A stretch of DNA of 64,000 nt, taken from a virus. This document shows, piece by piece, positions 1 through 10,117 of this stretch (position 1 is the stretch's first letter; each line of letters starts with the position of its first letter). The notes under the pieces are model-generated. The model made no database searches. It saw nothing but the letters and a program-made list of their open reading frames with translations, and was not told the origin of the DNA. The stretch lies in the IMG/VR virus record IMGVR_UViG_3300048574_000462, positions 1 to 64,000 of that record, one strand, 5' to 3'. A program made the translations under genes and the position numbers.

Positions 1-396
1 ATGAAGTACACGTACAGGTTTGTCACGGGAGAATCGGTCGGAATCGAGGTATCGACGGAACTGGAGGCGCTTATGAAAAATGAGGATCGGCTGGAATACA
101 ACAACGACCACGCCAATACGAGGCGGCATGTCCTTCTCGACACCGGAAAGGATGGCGGCGCGGATTGCCTAGCCATCGATGACGAGAACCTGCAAGCCCT
201 GTTTGCGGGCGCGTCGGATGAAGAATGCCTTCGCCGTGCATTGAAGCAACTAACTCCGAAACAGCAGGCATTGCTCTGCGCGCTTTTCTGGAATGGCATG
301 TCAATAAGCCAATACGCCCAACAAACAGGCGTTTCCCAGCCTGCGATTTCACAACAACTGGCCACCGCACTAAAAAAACTAAAAGAATTTTTCTGA
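1..396 (+). CDS. Sigma-70 region 4 / ECF-like HTH regulator
   Basis: C-terminal LTPKQQALL...MSISQYAQQTGVSQPAISQQLATALKKLK sigma r4-like HTH. Confidence 0.75.
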   Translation: MKYTYRFVTGESVGIEVSTELEALMKNEDRLEYNNDHANTRRHVLLDTGKDGGADCLAIDDENLQALFAGASDEECLRRALKQLTPKQQALLCALFWNGMSISQYAQQTGVSQPAISQQLATALKKLKEFF

Positions 397-476
397 CCGT
401 CCTTATATTCTGCCTTTTCCGTGGCCTATGGGTGGAGGGACAAAAAATCCGCCCTCCGGAAAGGACGGAACCCCAT

Positions 477-671
477 ATGAGGCACAGCATCCGAATCGAC
501 CTGAAACGCCGCGATCCCACCGGCCCGATCCTGGAGTGTCGGACGCGCCCACTGTCCATGTGGCTGTGGCGACTGCTTTTCGGGAAACGGCACAGCGTCG
601 TGGTGCTCATGCCGGGCGGCTCGGTGGATTCGGTGAACATCGTCGAGCAGCCGGAGGCGGCGCGGCCATGA
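477..671 (+). CDS. Small hypothetical phage protein
   Basis: ATG at 477 after purine-rich RBS-like sequence; stop overlaps next ATG (ATGA). Confidence 0.6.
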   Translation: MRHSIRIDLKRRDPTGPILECRTRPLSMWLWRLLFGKRHSVVVLMPGGSVDSVNIVEQPEAARP

Positions 672-2083
672 GCGAGATGCCAATCCGCGCCGCACCGTAT
701 AGGCACCAGGAAGAAGCCTTCACCTTTGTCCGGCAATTGTTCGTTTCTCCGCATGGTGGCGGTGCCGCGCTGCTCATGGAAATGGGTACCGGCAAAACGA
801 TCACCTCGGTGGCCATCGCTGGCGCGCTCTGGAACACCCGACACATCCGCCGCCTGCTGGTGGTTGCGCCGCTCTCCATCCTGGGCGTGTGGGAGGACGA
901 GTTCGCAAAATTCGCCGCCTTCGACTACGTGTTGGCTGTACTCGAAGGAACCACCGCCCGGAAGGTCGATACCATCCGGCACATGAACGGCTCCGCGCTC
1001 CAGGTGCTCGTGGTGAACTACGAATCCGCGTGGCGGCTGGAGGCCGAACTGCTCAAGTGGGTGCCTGACCTCATCATCGCGGACGAGGGCCACAAGATCA
1101 AGACCCACAACATCGCGGCGTCCAAGGCGCTGCACCGGCTGGGCGCGAAGGCGAAGTACCGCCTGCTGCTGACCGGCACGGTCATCACGAACAAGCCCGT
1201 GGACGTGTTCAGCCAGTACAAATTCACCGATCCCCGCGTGTACGGCCAGAGCTTCTACCTGTTCCGCAACCGGTTCTTCGACATGGTAGGCTACGGCAGC
1301 CACACCCCGGTCATGAAGAAAAGCATGGAGGTGGAGTTCACGGCGCGGCTGCACTCCATCGCGTTCCGGGCGACGAAGGCGGAATGCCTTGACCTCCCCG
1401 ACATCACGGACATCGTGCAGCGCGTGGAATTGGAGCCTGCCGCTATGCGAACCTACCGCCAGCTCGTCAAGGACAGCTATGCGGAATTGGCCGGCGACAC
1501 CGTGACCGTGACCAACGTACTGACCCGGCTTCTGCGGCTCTCGCAGCTCACGGGTGGCTTCCTGGGTGGCGACGAATCAGCGGCCACCGAGCAAGTTTCC
1601 TCGGCCAAGCTGGAGGCGCTCTCTGACATCATCGAAAGCGCGGAGCAGGACGGAAAGAAGCTCGTGGTCATCGCCCGGTTCATCCCGGAGATACGCGCCA
1701 TCGGGAAGCTGCTTTCGAAGAAAGGCATCCGGTACGCGCAGATTTCCGGCGAGATCAAGGATCGCGACGCCCAGGTGGCGGCCTTCCAGACAGACCCCGA
1801 CGTGACCGTGTTCGTCGGCCAGATCGCCACGGCGGGCCTGGGCATCACCCTGACGGCGGCGTCCACCATGGTATTCTACTCGCTCGACTACTCCATGAGC
1901 AACTACGAACAGACCCGCGCCCGCATCCATCGCGTCGGCCAGCGGCAGCCCTGTACCTACATCCACCTCGTCGCCAAGGGCACGGTGGACGAGAAGGTGC
2001 TCCAGGCGCTCAAGGACAAAGCCAACCTCGCAAAGGCGCTGGTGGACGATTACCGGGCCGGGCGCAACCCCTTCACCACATGA
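668..2083 (+). CDS. SNF2-family (DEAD/DEAH-like) helicase
   Basis: MEMGTGKT Walker A, DEGH, LTGT, QTRARIHRVGQ motif VI; start placed at 668 (GGAGG RBS, coupled to upstream stop). Confidence 0.9.
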   Translation: MSEMPIRAAPYRHQEEAFTFVRQLFVSPHGGGAALLMEMGTGKTITSVAIAGALWNTRHIRRLLVVAPLSILGVWEDEFAKFAAFDYVLAVLEGTTARKVDTIRHMNGSALQVLVVNYESAWRLEAELLKWVPDLIIADEGHKIKTHNIAASKALHRLGAKAKYRLLLTGTVITNKPVDVFSQYKFTDPRVYGQSFYLFRNRFFDMVGYGSHTPVMKKSMEVEFTARLHSIAFRATKAECLDLPDITDIVQRVELEPAAMRTYRQLVKDSYAELAGDTVTVTNVLTRLLRLSQLTGGFLGGDESAATEQVSSAKLEALSDIIESAEQDGKKLVVIARFIPEIRAIGKLLSKKGIRYAQISGEIKDRDAQVAAFQTDPDVTVFVGQIATAGLGITLTAASTMVFYSLDYSMSNYEQTRARIHRVGQRQPCTYIHLVAKGTVDEKVLQALKDKANLAKALVDDYRAGRNPFTT

Positions 2084-2096
2084 ACAGGAGGACCCC

Positions 2097-2513
2097 ATGG
2101 CACAAGAACGCCTTTTTGAATTGGCCGACGAGTTGAAAGCCCTGCGCGACCGCAAGGATGCGCTGGAAGCCGAGCTTAAGCAGGTCAATATGGACATCGA
2201 CAACGCGGATTGGCACCTTTCCACCCTGATGGCGGAAACCGAGACGCAGAACTTCACCCGCGCCGGCACCATGTTCTGCTTGACTACCAAGACCCGAGCT
2301 TCAGCCACGGCAGGCATGAAAGACGAGCTGTTCGGCGCGCTTCGCTCCGAGGGCTTCGGCGACCTAATCTACGAAACCGTCAACGCGAATTCGCTCTCCG
2401 CCTTCGTGAAGGAGCAGATTACCGAGAACGGGGATGCGCTCCCCACATGGCTTGACGGCCTCGTGAACGTATTTGAAAAAACCACCGTGGGCGTGCGCAA
2501 AGCTGCCCGGTAA
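2097..2513 (+). CDS. Conserved phage replication-module protein (coiled-coil N-terminus)
   Basis: AGGAGG RBS; position between helicase and SSB-like gene. Confidence 0.65.
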   Translation: MAQERLFELADELKALRDRKDALEAELKQVNMDIDNADWHLSTLMAETETQNFTRAGTMFCLTTKTRASATAGMKDELFGALRSEGFGDLIYETVNANSLSAFVKEQITENGDALPTWLDGLVNVFEKTTVGVRKAAR

Positions 2514-2533
2514 CAGAAAGAGAGGAACCATTC

Positions 2534-3289
2534 ATGAGCAAGAACGAGCTTTCCAGCCCCAACGCCTTCACCGCCCTCCAGGGCTTCAACCTCGCCGACG
2601 CCATGTCGGAGGAAATGGTCGGCATGGACGTGAGCTTCGACCGGATCAAGATTCCCGCCGCCGGCGGCACCGTGTTCGAGGTGCCCGGCAGCGATCCCGG
2701 CGAAACCGACGCCGTGAAAGAATTCTCCGGCGTGATCCTCTACCACCACCCGCTGTTCTCCTACTACAGGGAGCGCTTCTCGGGCGGCAACGCCGCACCC
2801 GACTGCGGCAGCTACGACGGCGTGACCGGCGTTGGTGATCCGGGCGGGAGCTGCGCGCATTGCCCGCTCAACCAGTTCGGCAGCGGCGAGAACGGCGGCA
2901 AAGCCTGCAAGAACAAGCGCCGCATCTACATCCTCCGCGAGGGCGAGCTGATCCCGCTGCTGCTGACGCTGCCCACCGGCTCCATGAAGGAGTTCGGCGT
3001 GTACATCAAGCGCTTGCTGGCGAAGGGCCGGAAGTCCAGCGCCGTCGTGACGCGGTTCTCCCTCAAAAAGGTGACGAACGCGGGTGGCATCGCCTACTCC
3101 CAGGCGCAATTCACGGTGGACCGCCCGCTGACCGACGAGGAATTGCCCTATATCGCTGCCATGGCCGAGCAGGTGAAGCAGTTCGCCACGCGCGTCGGCT
3201 ATGAGGACGAGCCGGCCGCCGCGATGGCGGTCGATCCCGAGACTGGCGAGGTCATCGACGCGGAGCCCGCGCCCCGTCCCCTGCACTAA
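2534..3289 (+). CDS. Putative ssDNA-binding/annealing protein
   Basis: CxSxDG...CxxC...GKAC Zn-like motif, acidic C-terminal tail (VDPETGEVID), directly upstream of the polymerase. Confidence 0.55.
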   Translation: MSKNELSSPNAFTALQGFNLADAMSEEMVGMDVSFDRIKIPAAGGTVFEVPGSDPGETDAVKEFSGVILYHHPLFSYYRERFSGGNAAPDCGSYDGVTGVGDPGGSCAHCPLNQFGSGENGGKACKNKRRIYILREGELIPLLLTLPTGSMKEFGVYIKRLLAKGRKSSAVVTRFSLKKVTNAGGIAYSQAQFTVDRPLTDEELPYIAAMAEQVKQFATRVGYEDEPAAAMAVDPETGEVIDAEPAPRPLH

Positions 3290-3300
3290 AGACCAATCAC

Positions 3301-3329
3301 GCCGGAGGGTGGCTCGGCTGCCCTCCGGC
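3301..3329 (+). terminator. GC-rich hairpin between SSB-like gene and polymerase
   Basis: GCCGGAGGG...CCCTCCGGC inverted repeat, no U tract. Confidence 0.4.
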
Positions 3330-3351
3330 AATCCGAAAGGAGTGTAACCGG

Positions 3352-5271
3352 ATGAGTTACCAAACGGAAACCGACCTCAAGCGGATTGAAGATTATCTTC
3401 AAGGCGCCGGCATCGTCGCCTTCGACTTCGAAACATCGCCGCTGCTGCAATACCGGGCGGACAGCCGCGCCTCCCTGGACGCACACCGCGCCTGCATCGT
3501 CGGCGTCAGCCTGTCGGTGGTGCCGGGCAGCGCCATCTACGTGCCGCTCCAGCACCTGGGCGGCGGCAATGCCGACCCGGAGCAGGTGATCCCCTTCCTG
3601 CGGGACGCGCTCTGGACGAATCCCAACGTCATCAAGGTGGCGCACAACCTGTCCTTCGAGAGCATGTTCCTGTACGCGCTCGGCATCGTCCTCCAGCCGC
3701 CGTGCTATGACACCATTGCCGCCGCGCAGATGACGCTCAAGAGCACGTTCGAGTTTCGCGGTCTTTCCGACAGCGGTCTGAAAACCCTGGTGCCGGAATT
3801 GTTGGGCGAGACGCTGCCCACCTTCGAGGATGTGACCGAGGGCCGGTTCTTCGACGAGCTGGATTCCCACGACCCTGAAACCGTGCACTACGCCTGCGCC
3901 GACGCGGACTACGCCCTCCGGCTGTACCACCGGTTCAACCAGTGGTTCGATGCCTTCCTGCCCAAGCACCGCTTCATCGTGGAACAGGCGGAATCCCCCA
4001 CGGCGGTCTACTGCGGCCTGATGAAGTACAATGGCCTGCTGATGGACGAAGAAGCCATGATCCGCAAGCAGGGTGAATGCGCGGCCCGGCTGATCGTCTT
4101 GCAGGGCAAAATCCGCAGCATGATCGGCGACGTGGACATCGGCGCGAACGCCGGAACTCAGGCGTTCAAGGACTACCTGTACAAGAACCTCGGCCTGCCG
4201 GTCCTCAAGACCACGGCGAAGAACGCCGAGGCCGCCGACGATCAGGTGATGGTGATGCTTGCGGAATGGTGCACGGAGCACCGGCCGGAGTTTGCGCCAC
4301 TGTTCGAGCTGGTGCAGGAGTACCGGCGCTGGTCGAAGCTGAAAACGACCTACATCGACGGATATCTGCGCTTCGTAAACCCGGCGACCGGGCGCATTCA
4401 TCCAGACCTCATGCCGTTGGCCACCGAGACGGGACGCTTCGCCGGACGGAACCCCAACATGCAAAACTGCCCACGCAAGACCAACGATCCGGTGGGCATC
4501 CGCTCCTTCATCATCGCCCCGGAGGGCCATGTGCTGGTGTCCTGCGACTTCTCGCAGATCGAGCTGCGCGTCGGCGCCTTCTACTGCCGGGACGAAAAGA
4601 TGCTGGAGACCTACCGCACCGGCGGAGACATCCACGCGCAGACCACTTCGGTCATCTTCGGCATCCCCTTCGCCCAGGCCGTGGACAAGGGAGCGCCCGA
4701 CTACAAAGAGCACCGCACCATCGCCAAGAACTGCAATTTCGGCGTGTTCTACGGCCTGTTCGCGCGCGGCCTCCAGCGGCAGCTCAAATTCAAGGCCGGC
4801 CTGGACAATCCCCTCGAAACCTGCGAGGAGATAATCCGCAACTTGAAAACCGGCTACCCCGCGCTGTCCCGCTGGCAGGAGCAGGCGAAGAAGGCGGCAA
4901 CCATCCGCCAATACTCCCAGACCTTCCTGGGGCGGCGACGCTATCTGCCCGGCATCCGCTCCCAGGATTGGGGGAAGAAAAGCTACGCCGAGCGCTGCGC
5001 CTTGAACACCCCGATCCAGGGCACGGCCGCCGACATCCTCAAGCTGGCGCTGGGCGCCATCATCGCCGGCCTGCCGGAGCGACCGTGGCTGAAACCGCTG
5101 CTGCAGATTCACGATGAGTTGGTATTCGAGTTGCCCGCCGACCGACTCCATGAAGCGGTATCGTTCATCCGCTCACGCATGGAGGCACAGCCCTTCCTGG
5201 AATTCGACGTGCCGATCGTGGCGGAGGCCGCCTGCGGGCCGGACTTCGGGCACATGGCGGAAATGGAGTGA
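3352..5271 (+). CDS. Family A DNA polymerase with 3'-5' exonuclease
   Basis: FDFETS (ExoI), YACADAD (ExoIII), TGRF, DFSQIELR (motif A), AKNCNFGVFYG (motif B), QIHDE (motif C). Confidence 0.95.
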   Translation: MSYQTETDLKRIEDYLQGAGIVAFDFETSPLLQYRADSRASLDAHRACIVGVSLSVVPGSAIYVPLQHLGGGNADPEQVIPFLRDALWTNPNVIKVAHNLSFESMFLYALGIVLQPPCYDTIAAAQMTLKSTFEFRGLSDSGLKTLVPELLGETLPTFEDVTEGRFFDELDSHDPETVHYACADADYALRLYHRFNQWFDAFLPKHRFIVEQAESPTAVYCGLMKYNGLLMDEEAMIRKQGECAARLIVLQGKIRSMIGDVDIGANAGTQAFKDYLYKNLGLPVLKTTAKNAEAADDQVMVMLAEWCTEHRPEFAPLFELVQEYRRWSKLKTTYIDGYLRFVNPATGRIHPDLMPLATETGRFAGRNPNMQNCPRKTNDPVGIRSFIIAPEGHVLVSCDFSQIELRVGAFYCRDEKMLETYRTGGDIHAQTTSVIFGIPFAQAVDKGAPDYKEHRTIAKNCNFGVFYGLFARGLQRQLKFKAGLDNPLETCEEIIRNLKTGYPALSRWQEQAKKAATIRQYSQTFLGRRRYLPGIRSQDWGKKSYAERCALNTPIQGTAADILKLALGAIIAGLPERPWLKPLLQIHDELVFELPADRLHEAVSFIRSRMEAQPFLEFDVPIVAEAACGPDFGHMAEME

Positions 5272-5708
5272 CCATGGATACCGAACTGATGAGAAACGCC
5301 TCCGGGTACGTCGATCCCACGGCCGGCGAGGCGCTGCAGGACATCCTGCGGGAGGATCGTGCCAAGCGCCTGGGCTACATGCCGCTGACGTACATCTGCT
5401 CCCCGTACAAGGGCGACGTTGAACATAATGTTCAAAATGCCCAGCGCTACTGCGCATTCGCCCTTTCCCAGGGTGCGCTGCCCATCGCGCCGCACCTGCT
5501 TTTCCCCCAATTCCTCGGTACGGGGGAAACCGAGGAAACCCGCGAGCTGGCGTTGCACATGGGCCTGATCCTGCTATCGAAATGTCGGGAGCTTTGGTTC
5601 TTCGGCGATACGGTCAGCGAGGGCATGAAACGCGAGATCAACAAGGCACGCTGGCGCGACATGATCGTGCGCCGCTTCACCGATGATTGCAAGGAGGTAC
5701 CGGTATGA
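5268..5708 (+). CDS. DUF4406-like / nucleoside deoxyribosyltransferase-fold phage protein
   Basis: YICSPYKGD...PIAPHLLFPQF...CRELWFFG...SEGM..EI; paralog at 55255. Confidence 0.7.
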   Translation: MTMDTELMRNASGYVDPTAGEALQDILREDRAKRLGYMPLTYICSPYKGDVEHNVQNAQRYCAFALSQGALPIAPHLLFPQFLGTGETEETRELALHMGLILLSKCRELWFFGDTVSEGMKREINKARWRDMIVRRFTDDCKEVPV

Positions 5709-8263
5709 GCTTCCCCCAAGAATTGACGGCGCTGCCGCAGTGGATATGCTGGCGGATGGAACCTGACCCGAAAGGCGACAAACCTCGCAAGGTGCCCTAT
5801 GATCCCAAGACCGGCCGCAAGGCGTCCTCCACCAACCCGCAGACCTGGGCGACGCTGTCCGAGGCCGAGGCCGCCCGTGGCAAATACCTGTTCACCGGCG
5901 TAGGCTTTGTGTTCACCGAAGTCTGCGGCATCGTCGGCGTTGACATCGACCACTGCCGGAGCGAAGATGGGGCGCTCAATGACACCGCCCGCGCCATTCT
6001 GGAGAAACATCCGTCCTACACGGAAATCTCGCCCTCAGGCACCGGGCTGCACATTTTCTACCGTGGCGCCATGCCGGGCAAGGGCAACAAGAACAGCGCC
6101 ACCGGCGTGGAGATGTACTCGACCGGCCGCTACTTTACCATGACCGGGCAGCATCTGGAAGGCACGCCCGAGGAAATTTCGTCGGACGCCGCCGCGCTCC
6201 TCTGGATTCATGAAGCCTTCGTTGCCAAGAAGCGCCGTGCCAGGGAACCCCGGCCCACACGGCAGACTGTCCGGCTGACCGACGAAGTGGTGTTGGAGAA
6301 GGCCCGCGCCGCCGCCAGCGGCGATGAATTCACCGACCTATGGGAGGGACGCTGGAAGGACAAGTACGGCAGCCAGTCGGAGGCCGACCTTGCGCTTTGC
6401 TGCGCGTTGGCCTTCTGGACCGGGAAGGATGCTGCGCAGATGGACAGGCTGTTCCGGCAGTCGGCGCTGCTCCGGGAAAAATGGGACAACGTCCACCATG
6501 CGGACGGCGCCACCTACGGTGCGGAAACCATCCGCCAGGCCATTGAGCGCACCGAGCAGACCTACTCGCCGGAGGGCGAGCCGGCCATCCGGGAGCAGAG
6601 CGGGCGCTACTACCGCGTGAAAGGCGAACAGGTCTACCCGATCACCAATTTTACGGTGCATCCCCTGGAGATGCTCATCGCGGACGATGAAACGCAGATG
6701 ACCTGCGACCTTGTGACGATCTACGGCGAAACCTTCCGACAGACGTTCCTGACCACCGACTTCGGTAACCTCCAGAAATTCAAGGGAGTGCTCAACAAGC
6801 GCACCATCGCGCTCTCCTACACCGGCTCCGAAGGCGACCTGGAAATTCTCAAGGGCTACCTCGCCGGGTTGGAGTGGTCGAAGAAGTACGGTGTCAAGGC
6901 GCTGGGCCTCTACGAACGCGATAAGCGCTGGATCTTCGTGGCGAGGGACGGCGCGTTCGCGGCGGGCGGCGAGATGGTGGAGGATATGATTCAGCTTGAA
7001 AAGCACGCCTCCATTGACAGCACGCTGCCGGCCAGTGCCGCCATATCACCGGAAAAGCTCGCGGAGCTTGGTCCGCTGCTGCTGGAATACAACGAACCCG
7101 CCAAGACGGTTTCCGTGCTGGCGTGGTGCGCCGGCTGCTTCCTGAAGGAGCACCTGCGGAAGGCAGGTATCAAATACCCGCACCTGTTCCTGATCGGCGA
7201 GGCGGGCAGCGGCAAATCCAATACGCTGGAGCGCGTGATTCTGCCCATCTTCGGGCGGAGCAAGGTGGTCGCCGCGCCGCAGATTACCGCGTTCACGCTG
7301 ATGAAGGATGCCGCCTCCAGCAACCTGTTCCCCCAAGCGCTGGACGAATTCAAGCCGTCCAAGATCGACAAGATGCGGTTGCAGGCGCTGTACAACCACT
7401 TCCGCGACAGCTACGACGGGCATGAGGGCGTGCGCGGCCGGGCGGATCAGTCGCAGGTCAGCTATGCGCTGCTGGCGCCGTTGGCCGTGGCCGGCGAGGA
7501 ATCCCCGGACGAGCCCGCCGTGCGCGAGCGCGGTATGGAGCTGCTTTTCAGCAAGCGCGACCTCAAGGATGTGGCGGCGCGGGCGGCGTTCCAGCGGATT
7601 GGCAACCTGCAAAGCGATCTGGTACGCCTCGGGCGCGGGCTGCTCGATACGGCGCTGACGCTGTCCACCGAGGCCGTGCGGCAATGGCACAACGAAGCGC
7701 TGGCGATCTTCAATCCCGCGCTTCCGTCCCGCGTCGTAAACAACCTCGCGTGCTGCATGGTCGGTGTCCGGCTGCTCGAAGTGCTTTGCTCCCGGTTGGG
7801 CTTGACATGGGGACGGGTGTTTCCCATCGGCATGGATGCCTGCGTCAAGCACATGGAGTACGCCGTCCGGGAGTACCTGCTCGACGGCGGCGACGCCAAT
7901 AAGAGCGTCATCGAGCAGACGCTGGAGGTTATGGACCGCATGGGCCTATCCGAGACGGAATGCAAGCTGCTGGAGAACGGCCAGATTGCCATCCACTTCA
8001 AGGCGATTTATGACCGCTATACCCAGTATCGCCGCGACCATGCCATCTACGGCGAAAGTCTGCCGTACTCGCAGTTCATAAAGCAACTGCGAAAATCGGA
8101 CCTGTTCGTTGAGAACAAGACGGTTCGCTTCGGCGATGACCCCAAGAAGGCGACCGTGCTCAACTACGCGCTCATAAAACAGCGCTGCGACGTTGACGGA
8201 TTTCTAGGACCACAGATTGAGCCGTTGGTAGGTTCCGGTGTAACTTGTAACCATGTGACTTAA
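5705..8263 (+). CDS. Primase-polymerase (NrS-1-like) fused to P-loop helicase
   Basis: GVDIDHC, EISPSGTGLH, RYFTMTG prim-pol motifs; SEADLALC helical bundle; GEAGSGKS Walker A; LDE Walker B. Confidence 0.85.
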   Translation: MSFPQELTALPQWICWRMEPDPKGDKPRKVPYDPKTGRKASSTNPQTWATLSEAEAARGKYLFTGVGFVFTEVCGIVGVDIDHCRSEDGALNDTARAILEKHPSYTEISPSGTGLHIFYRGAMPGKGNKNSATGVEMYSTGRYFTMTGQHLEGTPEEISSDAAALLWIHEAFVAKKRRAREPRPTRQTVRLTDEVVLEKARAAASGDEFTDLWEGRWKDKYGSQSEADLALCCALAFWTGKDAAQMDRLFRQSALLREKWDNVHHADGATYGAETIRQAIERTEQTYSPEGEPAIREQSGRYYRVKGEQVYPITNFTVHPLEMLIADDETQMTCDLVTIYGETFRQTFLTTDFGNLQKFKGVLNKRTIALSYTGSEGDLEILKGYLAGLEWSKKYGVKALGLYERDKRWIFVARDGAFAAGGEMVEDMIQLEKHASIDSTLPASAAISPEKLAELGPLLLEYNEPAKTVSVLAWCAGCFLKEHLRKAGIKYPHLFLIGEAGSGKSNTLERVILPIFGRSKVVAAPQITAFTLMKDAASSNLFPQALDEFKPSKIDKMRLQALYNHFRDSYDGHEGVRGRADQSQVSYALLAPLAVAGEESPDEPAVRERGMELLFSKRDLKDVAARAAFQRIGNLQSDLVRLGRGLLDTALTLSTEAVRQWHNEALAIFNPALPSRVVNNLACCMVGVRLLEVLCSRLGLTWGRVFPIGMDACVKHMEYAVREYLLDGGDANKSVIEQTLEVMDRMGLSETECKLLENGQIAIHFKAIYDRYTQYRRDHAIYGESLPYSQFIKQLRKSDLFVENKTVRFGDDPKKATVLNYALIKQRCDVDGFLGPQIEPLVGSGVTCNHVT

Positions 8264-8370
8264 AAATCTATATCTACGCGGAAAGCTCCGTCGCACGTAT
8301 GTGCGCACGCAGGCGCACGCACGTATACGTATAGGTATAGAATGACCCGGTTACGCGGTTACAGGTTACG
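8238..8370. repeat. Putative replication origin: convergent GTAAC/GGTTAC repeats around an alternating purine-pyrimidine tract
   Basis: TGTAAC x2 plus TGTGAC at 8239-8259; GGTTAC x3 at 8349-8369; CGCACGTATGTGCGCACGCA tract between. Confidence 0.5.
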
Positions 8371-8382
8371 AAAGGAGAGTCC

Positions 8383-8679
8383 ATGGCCGAGCGCGACATC
8401 GTGGCCGCGATCCTGCGGCTGCTCAAGAAAACGCCGGAATGCTTCGCTTGGAAGGAGCACGGCGGAATCTATGGGACAGCAGGCGTCCCGGACATCATCG
8501 CCTGCATTAACGGGAGGTTCGTGGCCTTCGAGGTCAAGACCGAAACCGGCAAATTGACAAAGCTCCAAGAGATCACGATACAAAAAATCAGGAATGCAAA
8601 GGGACAAGCCTTCAAGGTCACATCGGCGGCGGAGGTCGCCGCGATCCTGAAAATGATGGAGGTTTCGCCCCATGAATGA
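8383..8679 (+). CDS. VRR-NUC domain nuclease
   Basis: E..I, GVPDI, FEVK...G.LT.LQ PD-(D/E)xK pattern. Confidence 0.9.
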   Translation: MAERDIVAAILRLLKKTPECFAWKEHGGIYGTAGVPDIIACINGRFVAFEVKTETGKLTKLQEITIQKIRNAKGQAFKVTSAAEVAAILKMMEVSPHE

Positions 8680-9127
8680 TAAGCCCCTGACCGCCAAGGA
8701 ATACCTCTCCCAGGCGTACCGACTGGACCAGCGGATCAATTCCAAGCTGGAGCAGGTGGAGAAGCTCCGCGCCCTGGCGCGCCATTCCACCGCGTCCTAC
8801 GGCGGCGAGCGCGTATCCCGCTCCCGGAACGTCACCTCGATGGAAGATTCCATCATTCGCCTCATAGAAGCGGAGCACACGCTGAACCGGGAGATCGACC
8901 GGTTCGTGGATACCAAGCGGGAGGTCCAGCAGACCATCGACCTTGTGGCTGACGCGGATTGCCGTCTGCTGCTGGAGCTCCGGTACCTGTGCATGAAACG
9001 CTGGGAGGACATCGCGGGCGAGATGGTCGTAAGCCGCTCGCATGTGTTCCGGTTGCATCAGCAGGCGCTGGATATGGTGGATACCGTACTGCGGACAAGG
9101 AGGATGTTGGGCCATGCAGAAGCGTAA
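8672..9127 (+). CDS. ArpU/RinA-like (DUF1492) late transcription activator
   Basis: AKEYLSQA..LD.RINSKLEQ, LLELRY...WEDIA HTH; position before packaging module. Confidence 0.8.
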   Translation: MNDKPLTAKEYLSQAYRLDQRINSKLEQVEKLRALARHSTASYGGERVSRSRNVTSMEDSIIRLIEAEHTLNREIDRFVDTKREVQQTIDLVADADCRLLLELRYLCMKRWEDIAGEMVVSRSHVFRLHQQALDMVDTVLRTRRMLGHAEA

Positions 9128-9512
9128 TCCGTCGCCCAACCGTGTAAAGGCCCTGCCGTATAACACCATCCTCACGCTGGCGAACGAGATCTCGGTGAAA
9201 CACGGTCTGCCTCGTGTGTCGCCCGTGGATTTCCGGCGCAGCTACGATTCCGGGATACCCATGCCCATCTACCTGAAATGCGAGAACGGCCGCATGTGGG
9301 TGGACAAATACTATCTGGCCTACGAGCTGCCGGACGGCGCCATCCGGTACGCATACATTACCCGGCGTCATATCCGCGAGGAATGCCGGAGCTATCGCCT
9401 CGCCCCAGGCAAGCGGCTGTGTATGCTTACGTTCCCCGATGACATCGTCAAGGTATTTGTACGGGCGCTAGGCGAAATGAACGCCGCAGAAAAAAACTTC
9501 TGGATTTCTTGA
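9114..9512 (+). CDS. Hypothetical protein
   Basis: ORF overlapping upstream stop, fills gap; no recognised motif. Confidence 0.5.
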   Translation: MQKRNPSPNRVKALPYNTILTLANEISVKHGLPRVSPVDFRRSYDSGIPMPIYLKCENGRMWVDKYYLAYELPDGAIRYAYITRRHIREECRSYRLAPGKRLCMLTFPDDIVKVFVRALGEMNAAEKNFWIS

Positions 9513-9629
9513 GAAAATGCCGCGCTGACACAAAATGAGACTATCCCCCATGCGATAATGGTACCATGAGAAAATGAACCGAGGCCCTCCCGGAGCGATC
9601 CGGCGAGGGCTTCTCTTATGGAGGGACCC

Positions 9630-10007
9630 ATGCCGAGAAAGCCGCTCCGCCCATGCAGCCATCCCGGCTGCCCGGCGCTGACCGATGGACAGTATTGTCC
9701 CGAGCATCGGAAACTGGCGGCGGCCCGCTACAACCGGTACGAGCGCGACCCGGCCATCCAGAAGCTGTACGGCGGCGCGTGGCCGCGCATCCGCGCACAT
9801 TTCCTGGCGGCGCATCCCCTGTGCGCGGTATGCCAGCGGGAGGACCGGGTGACGGCAGCGGAGGAAGTCCATCACATCCTGCCCCTCTCCCAGGGCGGCA
9901 CCCACGCCGAGGATAACCTCATGGCGCTGTGCAAGGAGTGCCACTCCCGCATCACGGCCCGAGAGGGCGGGCGATGGGCGCCGGCCGGGCGCCATCGGCG
10001 GGGGTAG
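9630..10007 (+). CDS. Packaging-associated HNH endonuclease
   Basis: PCSHPGC..., HPLCAVC, VHHILPLSQGGTHAEDNLMALCKECH; directly upstream of terS. Confidence 0.92.
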   Translation: MPRKPLRPCSHPGCPALTDGQYCPEHRKLAAARYNRYERDPAIQKLYGGAWPRIRAHFLAAHPLCAVCQREDRVTAAEEVHHILPLSQGGTHAEDNLMALCKECHSRITAREGGRWAPAGRHRRG

Positions 10008-10095
10008 GGGGAGCAAAATCTTAAAATGACGTTCGGAACATAGCGGATGCGCCCCTTCGCGTGAATTTTCGCGCTTTCAAGTCGGGCATATGGCC
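10000..10095. other. Putative cos/packaging initiation region
   Basis: G-rich GGGGGTAGGGGG then AAAATC and CGCGTGAATTTTCGCG between HNH and terS, the usual cos position in HK97-like phages. Confidence 0.5.
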
Positions 10096-10117
10096 CGCGT
10101 TTTCAGGAGGTGATGGT

